This document shows, piece by piece, positions 57,298 to 64,000 of a stretch of 64,000 nt of DNA; position 1 is the stretch's first letter, and each line of letters starts with the position of its first letter. Source of the DNA: Bryobacteraceae bacterium (lineage in GTDB: Bacteria > Acidobacteriota > Terriglobia > Bryobacterales > Bryobacteraceae); NCBI GenBank assembly GCA_049514955.1, contig JBEKUO010000001.1, forward strand, positions 11,642-75,641, read 5' to 3'. The position numbers and the translations under genes were made by a program. The notes below the pieces were generated by a model. That model ran no database searches. It saw only the letters and a list, made by a program, of their open reading frames with translations, and had not been told where the DNA came from.

Positions 57298-58977
57298 TTA
57301 CCAGCGCTTGATTTTCCCTAGCCGCCTGGTTTCGAACAGACTCTGCTGATGTTCGAATCCGGCCTTCTCGATCGCGTGGCAGGACGCCAGGTTTTCCTTT
57401 AAGGCCCCAATATAAATGTGCCTGATACCGGGCACCTTTGCGGCATCGTAGGTCATTTGCGCCAGTGCTCGCTGGTAGAAACCCTTGCCGCGGTGTTCCG
57501 GGCGTGTGTAGAAGTCGTACAACACGGCAGAATCCGGCGGCAGCCGCAGCTTTTGGCTCACCTCCGAAATGAAGGCCTCCTGTTGCCGCTCTATCAGCCA
57601 GCCGTGGTGCGCCAACCGTCCGTCTTGCGCAAATGTGTAGGCATGTTCACCCGCTTCAAGACGCTTAGCAGCCTCGCGCAAGAACTCATCTAGGGGTGGC
57701 TGCCAGGCCTCGGCCGGCATATAGAGCGTCAGATCGGGAAGGCAGTCACGGCGCATGATCTTCGCCACCGGTTGCGGAACCGCCTCCGCCGCATACCGAT
57801 AAACCCGATATTCGCGATGCTCATAGCAGAACCGTCTGATGGGCCGTAACAGCCTGTTCAAGATGCTCCGCGGGCGGACCAGCGAAGCCTTATGCCGTGC
57901 CATGCGCAACGCTTGCTTTACCCGGTTTGTCGACACGAAGCGCTTCCCAAAACCAATCGACGCCCGTTTCCACCGGAAGGCGCGGACAGCGGACCGCGAA
58001 AAGAAGATATCGAGCACCGACGCTTCGTCGTACCGCGTGGCAAAACGTTCTTTGAACTCGCCTCCCGGAGTCAGGTCCAGTGCGCGAAAGCCATCCTGTT
58101 CGAGGGTCAACCCGAGCAGCAGCAAGTGCAGCTTCCCGCACGAGTGTCTCGCAAAGAACGGCGAATGAACCAGAATCCCAAGGACGACCTCCTCTCTGTT
58201 GCACGGGCCTATGTGTGCAGCCGCGATCTGCTGCCCAACTCGGAGTACGGTCACATGCATCAGGCCGGGTTGCTCCAGCAACGCGATGTAGAACGCTTTC
58301 TTGTGACGATCTGCCTGGAACGGTAGCACGCCGTTCACAGCTCCCTGGCGGAAATCGGAGAGATCGCCGATAACCTCCAACGCCGCCCGGAACCCCTCGG
58401 CGCCGGTGATCTTTGCGAAATTCAGCGGGCCTTCCTTCTCTAGTCTGCTGAGCCGGCTCTTGTTGCTCTTCTTGCGCAAAGACTCTCGCGCCGAATCGGC
58501 CGGCCGAGTTACCATCAGCGGCTTCGGAATGGGGCGCAGGTAACAGCGCCCCGACCATCTCTTGGTCCATTCGACCGGGGTCTTGGGAGGAGCAAAGAGG
58601 AGCTGGAGGTGGCCCCGAGGGAAGACGCGCGATAGTTCGTCCAGGGCCTCCTCAATGAACCGGGCGCCGTCCCCGGGTAGCGCCAACCAGACGTGATATT
58701 CGGCTTGGTGAGCACCCGCAGCGCAAAGCGCCCCGCTCCTCTTGTCGGTCGCCAGAGTGAATAGGCCGGAAAGCCGGCCATCCGTTTCACCTGCGACGAT
58801 TACCGGCTCAAAATCCTCCGCATAGCAGCGATACCAGGTCGTCACAAAGGGCGCGTCCTGAAAGCATGTCGCCCAAGAGCACGCATGGTACAAAGCCGCC
58901 CATTCGCGCAGGAACGGCGGCGAGTCCAAAAGCTGTTCAGCGTCTCGCCCCAGATAGAGCCGAACCACGGTTGTCAA
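57298..58977 (-). CDS. FemAB/CelD-like (BioF2-type acetyltransferase, pfam13480-like) domain fused to a C-terminal GNAT acetyltransferase domain
   Basis: The N-terminal 380 aa include VTVLRVGQQIAAAHIGPCNREEVVLGILVHSPFFARHSCGKLHLL...DLTPGGEFKERFA. The C-terminal GNAT motif A is YTRPEHRGKGFYQRALAQM. Confidence 0.65.
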   Translation of the reverse strand: MTTVVRLYLGRDAEQLLDSPPFLREWAALYHACSWATCFQDAPFVTTWYRCYAEDFEPVIVAGETDGRLSGLFTLATDKRSGALCAAGAHQAEYHVWLALPGDGARFIEEALDELSRVFPRGHLQLLFAPPKTPVEWTKRWSGRCYLRPIPKPLMVTRPADSARESLRKKSNKSRLSRLEKEGPLNFAKITGAEGFRAALEVIGDLSDFRQGAVNGVLPFQADRHKKAFYIALLEQPGLMHVTVLRVGQQIAAAHIGPCNREEVVLGILVHSPFFARHSCGKLHLLLLGLTLEQDGFRALDLTPGGEFKERFATRYDEASVLDIFFSRSAVRAFRWKRASIGFGKRFVSTNRVKQALRMARHKASLVRPRSILNRLLRPIRRFCYEHREYRVYRYAAEAVPQPVAKIMRRDCLPDLTLYMPAEAWQPPLDEFLREAAKRLEAGEHAYTFAQDGRLAHHGWLIERQQEAFISEVSQKLRLPPDSAVLYDFYTRPEHRGKGFYQRALAQMTYDAAKVPGIRHIYIGALKENLASCHAIEKAGFEHQQSLFETRRLGKIKRW

Positions 58978-59988
58978 CTATTCCACCATTTGGCCTTCGC
59001 CTGCGATGAACTTCCGCCGCGGCAGAAGTGAGGCCTCGCCACTAACCCATCCGGCAAATTCCAGACGCTCGAAGCGGATACTATCCAACAAGCGCGGTAG
59101 CCGGAGCGGGCCTGTGCGGCCGGTCGCAAATCCCGGCCAGCACGTTACCGCAGATTCAATTCCGCACTCTGCGAGTGCCAGTTCGAACTCGGGCAGGTAC
59201 ACGCCGCCCGGATAGCAAAAATGACGCGCCGGACTTTCGCGCAAGGCCGTAATGCGGCGCTCGTTTTCCACGACCTCCTGCAGCATTCTGTTCCTGCGGC
59301 GGGAAAGACGATGACGATGCGTATGCAACTGGATATCGAAACCGGCCTGCGCTAATTCACGAGCTTCTTCGTGCGTCATGATGTAGAGCATCCGCTTCCG
59401 GCACAGAGCTTCATAATCCAGCTCCAGGCGGGCGGCCACCTGCGTCAACAGGATATCTTTCTCGCGTCCCGAAAGTCCGTGTTTTTGCGCGAACAGCTTG
59501 ATCAGACGATTTGCTGAATCCCGGCCCTTATCGTCCAAAAATATCGGATGAGGGCAGATCCCCGGAAGTGTCGTAGTCCTTCCGCGAGCCTTCCACAGCA
59601 AGTAACTAGCCATGACATCGAATACGGGCCGCTGGAAGTCGCAATAGTAGGTAGTCAAGTACACCGTGGCTGGATACCCAAAGTGCTGAATTATCGGAAA
59701 TGCTAGGCGGTAAGCATCATAAGTGCCATCGTCTATCGTCAGCACTACACTGCGCTCCGGCAACGTACCGCTATAAAGTCGCCGTAACGCGTCCGCTAGC
59801 GACAACACGTTGCAGCCGTTGTCCCTTAGATGGCTAAGCCGGCTCCGAAACACTGCCGCTGGCATGTAGAGGGAGGAATTCCAGAGATGCTCGTCGTCCT
59901 GTGAGAACCCGTGATACCCAAGAATCAAGAGCCGGTTGCTCCGCCAGCGGCTGTTAAGGAGCAGAGCCGATAAGCCGCTTCGGGTCAT
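58978..59988 (-). CDS. polysaccharide deacetylase (CE4/NodB homology) family protein
   Basis: LILGYHGF, VVLTIDDGTYDAYRLAFPIIQHFGYPATVYLTT and IQLHTHRH. Its stop is directly adjacent to the downstream gene's start (58977/58978). The longest ORF begins at the TTG at 60054. Confidence 0.8.
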   Translation of the reverse strand: MTRSGLSALLLNSRWRSNRLLILGYHGFSQDDEHLWNSSLYMPAAVFRSRLSHLRDNGCNVLSLADALRRLYSGTLPERSVVLTIDDGTYDAYRLAFPIIQHFGYPATVYLTTYYCDFQRPVFDVMASYLLWKARGRTTTLPGICPHPIFLDDKGRDSANRLIKLFAQKHGLSGREKDILLTQVAARLELDYEALCRKRMLYIMTHEEARELAQAGFDIQLHTHRHRLSRRRNRMLQEVVENERRITALRESPARHFCYPGGVYLPEFELALAECGIESAVTCWPGFATGRTGPLRLPRLLDSIRFERLEFAGWVSGEASLLPRRKFIAGEGQMVE

Positions 59989-60306
59989 GGCAGACAAGAC
60001 TAGCAGCTTAAGGCGCTTCAACAATGACCTAACCTCCGCGATCCGCCGGCACAATCGATTCCTCCCATGATGCGTTTTGACGATCGGAATGGCTCACGCA
60101 ATTAAGCGTCGTCCAGAGTTTGCCTGTTGGAAGGACACCAAAGGGCCTAGTATACTAGATCGCTTGCGCGATACGGAGGGCTTTCGACTGGGCAGCGCGC
60201 CTGGCGGCGGACCGTGGCCGGCAGTGCGAGTGTCACGTAGGCAGGCTAAAGCGTCCGGATCCACCCCGCGAATCGGCACCATCCAGTTCTACCATGGACT
60301 CCTGAT

Positions 60307-63300
60307 CTAAGGTGTGGCCACCACCTGAAGCGGTGCCTCTGCCACTACGCTGTTAGTGGCGTTGCGGTATTTCGCCTTGTAATACAGAATCCGCTGCGAG
60401 ACCGCCGGAACGGCAATGGTGCAAGTGGAGGCACAGGGCGCCCCAGCCGGATTCTCTCCCGCGAACTGAAACGGCACGGTGCCCACAGAAGCCGTACTGG
60501 CGATGCAGGGCTCGTTCCGTGTGGTGCAGTTCCCGCTGAATTCCCGGTAACCGAACTCCACCACGGCATTGGTCACCCCTAATCCAGCGGGTGGGCTTAA
60601 CGTGACCGGCAGCGGCAAAAAGGCGCTGCGGTTTACGCCACCTGCCGCCGGAAAAGGGGGCAGCTTGGCCATGTACAACTCCCGCCGCGCGGAGTCCAGG
60701 TAATTGCCCTGGAACATAACCCAGGAATTGTCCGGCAGCGGCCGGGCGTTGGCGAATCCGCTGGTAAACTTCAGTTTTCCAATCATGGACTTAACCAGTA
60801 TCCGCTGGAACTGTCCGGATGGATCCGGCTGGAGCGTAGAGAACTGAACCAGCCCTTGCCCCAGCGCCGGCATATTATCGAGACAGATATCGTTTGCGGG
60901 ACTCGTTTGGCCCGTAACGCCTGCGCCGTAACAGTACGGATAAATGACCGCCGGCGCGTTCACATAAACCTCTCCCACTGCGCCATTTGGCCGGCATTCT
61001 CCGGCGGACCGGGGAACGCAGTATTTATAGGAGTCAGCGACCGCGTCGGAAAGAGAGGAAGCCGGGCCGCTGACATCGATGAGTGGATGAGATCCGGAAC
61101 TGGCCGCAGTGGGCAGCAATTTGCGATTCAGGTTGCCGATATTATCGGGATCTTTCACGGGGTAAGTCGTCTTCCAGAGTTGGCCGCTAACCAGGGTCCA
61201 CAAGTCCGGCGGCGCTGGTGCGCTGGTGAACTTGCCCACCAGAGGCCTAATGTCAAACGCTGCCTGGCTCTCGGAAGCAGTTGCCGATTCTCCGCTGACG
61301 GAAGGGTGCGATTGAAATACATTGTTGATTGCCGCGGCGTACGCTCCGGCAAACGCCGGATTGGCCGACACGTAGGCCACCGGCGCCGCAAACAATTGCG
61401 CGAAATTCGACGCATGCCGTACCCGGTAGGCGCCGCCCCAGGGTGGATGCGGATACGAGCTGCCTTCCACGGCGATAGCAGCCCGCTGCGTTGCGTGCGC
61501 GTCGAAGTACCCTGGGTCTATCGTGGCGTTCAGGCCATGTGGATCGTGCAGGTAGTCCCAGAATACGTTGCCGCCCCATCCCAGCGCATAGTAATCCGGA
61601 TACTCGGGATCGTAGTAATTCAGATTCGTGGCGCCGGACATGGCAAAGAGGTACTTGACGCCTGTGCCCGGTATTTCCTTGGGTCCGTGCATCCAGTGTC
61701 CGGCGTTGCGCTCAAAGACCCATTGCCCATCCTGGCCCTTTTGGATTAACACGAGAACCTCGGCGGAGGCATTGAGGAAGTTACAGGAAGTCTCGCTGTC
61801 GCTGATACACCAGATGTCGCCGGCTTGTGCCGTGCTCAACTCTCCGGGGGTCTGTTTTTGCGGAGGAACCAGCTTCCAGTAATAAGGCTCGTAAGATCCA
61901 TCCTTGGCGTCGATCTGCAGCAGTGTACAGTTGGAACCCGTAATGTTCATGGGGTTGCCCCATTGGGAGCATGGAGAGCCGCCTCGGGGCACGGCTGTAT
62001 GCGTAGTAATCACGACTGCGGTGGCTCCCGGAGCGGCAGACCCGGCGACCATGGTGTTGGCCCCGTAGCCAAAGTAGCCGCTGTAGCCGTAGTCTTGCGC
62101 CGAGTGGTTGACGCCCCACCGGGCAGCTCCGTGTGACCAGGTGTTCATGGCGGCAATGACATTGGGCCCGCCCGGCCGGCCGGCATGGGCCGGATTCCCA
62201 TCACCCGCGCTGAAAACCCCAAACCAGCCGAGCGTATCCTGCGAGCGATAGCAATAGATCAGCAGGTTGCCCTGCTGAACCGGGCCGGTATAGCAGTTCA
62301 TCGCTTGATCGAAGGCTGGCTCAAAGGCGGACAGCAGGCTTTTAAGATCTTTCCCGCTTGAGGCGGGCGTCAGATTAGTGATGACCGCGTTCGCGAAGTT
62401 CATCGAATAGTTGCCTTGCCCATGCGCCGCGCCCGTGCCAATCGATTCGCTGTCCGAAAACGGCCTGCTGGAGGCATAGGAGCCTGTGTAAGTGACTTGC
62501 AAAATGACGGGAGTTTTGCCCGATTGCGCCATACAGTACCAGGTGGGCGCGGGCTTGGTATCGTCAAAGGTTTGAAAAACTTCTGGCGCGAACATCGGGC
62601 ATGAAGTATCGGGCCACTTGTCGGGTCCGTCTGGGTTGCCATTGGCTTTGGCCGGGCCGATCATGTTGGATGTTCCGGTTACCGGATCGATCCAGACAAT
62701 CGCTGCGCTGCCGCCTCCCACCGGGACCATGCACACATAGCCATTACCGACTTTAGCGTTGGAACACAGTGTATCGTAGCCTTCGTCCGGCCATTCGCCG
62801 GACTGCCCGGAAACAAACGAGAAAGTGGCCTGGTGCACGGTAATAAAACTGCTGTCGTCGGCCGTATGGCGCCTGATCATTACCGCGAAATCCGGCGCGC
62901 AGTAGAACCGGTAAGATCCAGGAGAACTGGTTAGCGTAAGGATTTTGCCGAAGCCGCTTGCAATGGTGGCTTCAATGGACCGGTTGGCGAAGGGAGGCGC
63001 CGCGCAGGCATCCTCGGCGGAAACATTCGAAAGTCGGATGCGTCCGCTGCCGCCCGCGATCCAGGCTTCGCTGAAGAGATCGCCGTCAGTCTGGATGACG
63101 ACAGATCGATCGACCGTTACGGCGCCCTTGTGAAAGATGGCTTCCGGGCGATTGATGCGCGGCGTGCTGTCAAACAACCATGGATCGATACCCATGCCGC
63201 CGGGCTGGTGCGTGCCTACGAAGACTGTGCCGCTCTTCGGGCCGAAGGTTACGGTTTTGATCTTGCTGGCACAGGAAGCTCCCGCATTCATGCTGAGGCA

Positions 63301-64000
63301 AACGTCCAGCGTGCGGAAGTTGGCATCGCGAGAATTTCCTTGGCCATTCAAAGCCACTTGAAACTGGTTGAGCGAATAGCCATAGCCACTGGACGCGCCG
63401 CCCCATCCGAATCCTGGGTCCTTCGGCCGTAGCACCAGCCACCCAGTCGAATTGCTTACCGTGGTAGCGCTCTCGCTGCACGGAGTAGACCAAGGACCCT
63501 TTGTGTCACATGGGTTTTGCCCCTGGTTGTATGCGGTACCAAACGTCACGTTGGAAATGGCCGCATAGCCAATACCGGGATAGGTGACCCGTTGTATGCG
63601 CACGCCGGTTTGCGGCTCGATAAACTGCTCGTTCACGACGCTGCCGGGCGACGAAGGCACGGCCCACTCGCCAGGCGCGGTAGGGTCGGAAGGCCAGGGG
63701 TCGGAATAGCCGATACCCAGCGGAATGTTCGTGGTCTCGAAGTGGAAGAGCGCCGTATCCGTACCGCACGTAAGCTTGCTGTAATGGAGGGTGTTCGTTT
63801 GCAGCGCGCGGGAGTAGTAACGGCCATCGGCGCCTTTCTCGGCTGCCCGCTTGCCGATAACGAAAGTCCGCTGGGCGCCGTTGCCGATATTGCCGGCCCG
63901 GTTGTCCTGGTCAGCCCCCGGGAAGTGAGTTGGGTCCACATCATGGACGAGCGGCGGTTGCGGATTCGCGTTCGCATCGGCGGTCTCGCTGACGGCCAGC
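60307..64000 (-). CDS. very large hypothetical protein (>1230 aa; 5' end beyond the window), probably secreted or surface-associated
   Basis: The frame stays open from 60307 to the window edge; codons upstream of the GTG at 63939 read ...LAVSETADANANPQPPLVHD with no stop. The sequence is G/S/T/N/Y/W-rich and Cys-containing, with no motif I can assign. Confidence 0.6.
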   Translation of the reverse strand, partial: LAVSETADANANPQPPLVHDVDPTHFPGADQDNRAGNIGNGAQRTFVIGKRAAEKGADGRYYSRALQTNTLHYSKLTCGTDTALFHFETTNIPLGIGYSDPWPSDPTAPGEWAVPSSPGSVVNEQFIEPQTGVRIQRVTYPGIGYAAISNVTFGTAYNQGQNPCDTKGPWSTPCSESATTVSNSTGWLVLRPKDPGFGWGGASSGYGYSLNQFQVALNGQGNSRDANFRTLDVCLSMNAGASCASKIKTVTFGPKSGTVFVGTHQPGGMGIDPWLFDSTPRINRPEAIFHKGAVTVDRSVVIQTDGDLFSEAWIAGGSGRIRLSNVSAEDACAAPPFANRSIEATIASGFGKILTLTSSPGSYRFYCAPDFAVMIRRHTADDSSFITVHQATFSFVSGQSGEWPDEGYDTLCSNAKVGNGYVCMVPVGGGSAAIVWIDPVTGTSNMIGPAKANGNPDGPDKWPDTSCPMFAPEVFQTFDDTKPAPTWYCMAQSGKTPVILQVTYTGSYASSRPFSDSESIGTGAAHGQGNYSMNFANAVITNLTPASSGKDLKSLLSAFEPAFDQAMNCYTGPVQQGNLLIYCYRSQDTLGWFGVFSAGDGNPAHAGRPGGPNVIAAMNTWSHGAARWGVNHSAQDYGYSGYFGYGANTMVAGSAAPGATAVVITTHTAVPRGGSPCSQWGNPMNITGSNCTLLQIDAKDGSYEPYYWKLVPPQKQTPGELSTAQAGDIWCISDSETSCNFLNASAEVLVLIQKGQDGQWVFERNAGHWMHGPKEIPGTGVKYLFAMSGATNLNYYDPEYPDYYALGWGGNVFWDYLHDPHGLNATIDPGYFDAHATQRAAIAVEGSSYPHPPWGGAYRVRHASNFAQLFAAPVAYVSANPAFAGAYAAAINNVFQSHPSVSGESATASESQAAFDIRPLVGKFTSAPAPPDLWTLVSGQLWKTTYPVKDPDNIGNLNRKLLPTAASSGSHPLIDVSGPASSLSDAVADSYKYCVPRSAGECRPNGAVGEVYVNAPAVIYPYCYGAGVTGQTSPANDICLDNMPALGQGLVQFSTLQPDPSGQFQRILVKSMIGKLKFTSGFANARPLPDNSWVMFQGNYLDSARRELYMAKLPPFPAAGGVNRSAFLPLPVTLSPPAGLGVTNAVVEFGYREFSGNCTTRNEPCIASTASVGTVPFQFAGENPAGAPCASTCTIAVPAVSQRILYYKAKYRNATNSVVAEAPLQVVATP

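Noticed and set aside
1-64000. Searched for tRNA/rRNA genes, transposase/integrase genes, exosortase (EpsH) and PEP-CTERM sorting signals, and Wza/Wzc export genes.
   Set aside because: I recognised none in any frame. Several EPS genes resemble PEP-CTERM-locus subfamilies, but the defining exosortase and substrates are not in this window, so that system cannot be claimed here.

Overview
High-GC window, most likely from an Acidobacteriota genome of the Solibacter/Bryobacter type. This is inferred from a TIGR03437-like Solibacter C-terminal domain, an ECF sigma paired with Ser/Thr kinases, and TonB-receptor, BNR and glycoside-hydrolase genes. I support about 47 protein-coding genes. I recognised no rRNA, tRNA, CRISPR array, transposase or integrase. 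Layout: (1) 1-9 kb is a glycan-utilisation neighbourhood with a TonB-dependent receptor tail, two paralogous secreted TIM-barrel hydrolase-like proteins and a BNR/Asp-box repeat protein. (2) 9.5-60 kb is a very large surface-polysaccharide super-locus with at least two Wzx/Wzy-type modules. It holds 2 flippases, 2 Wzy/O-antigen-ligase-like proteins, 3 priming phosphoglycosyl transferases, about 8 GT1/GT2 enzymes and 2 paralogous GT-C proteins. It also holds a sulfotransferase, 2 methyltransferases, a CapK-like adenylating enzyme, AsnB-type amidotransferase, a FemAB/GNAT fusion, a CE4 deacetylase, an SDR epimerase, DUF362 and a formyltransferase-like fusion. (3) Unrelated cassettes are wedged into this locus. 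These are an excisionase-HTH + ParA-like + repeat/wHTH operon (12.8-14.9 kb), a Uma2 nuclease (21.9 kb), and an ORF6N protein with a PilZ-like protein and an unknown protein (27.7-29.0 kb). There is also an ECF-sigma / Ser-Thr-kinase-FGE / DUF6600-like / Ser-Thr-kinase signalling operon (30.4-36.9 kb), in which two of four genes are disrupted by an in-frame TAG and a 1-nt frameshift. The last cassette is an RPA-family replication-initiator gene preceded by iteron-like repeats and AT-rich tracts (43.7-45.9 kb). (4) 60.3-64.0 kb is the 3' part of a giant (>1230 aa) ORF with no domain I recognise. The most unusual aspect is plasmid-type maintenance functions (Par-like and Rep-like plus candidate iterons) inside a polysaccharide locus. 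Next is the decaying or phase-variable sigma/kinase module. All functional calls come from motif recognition by eye. No database search was run.
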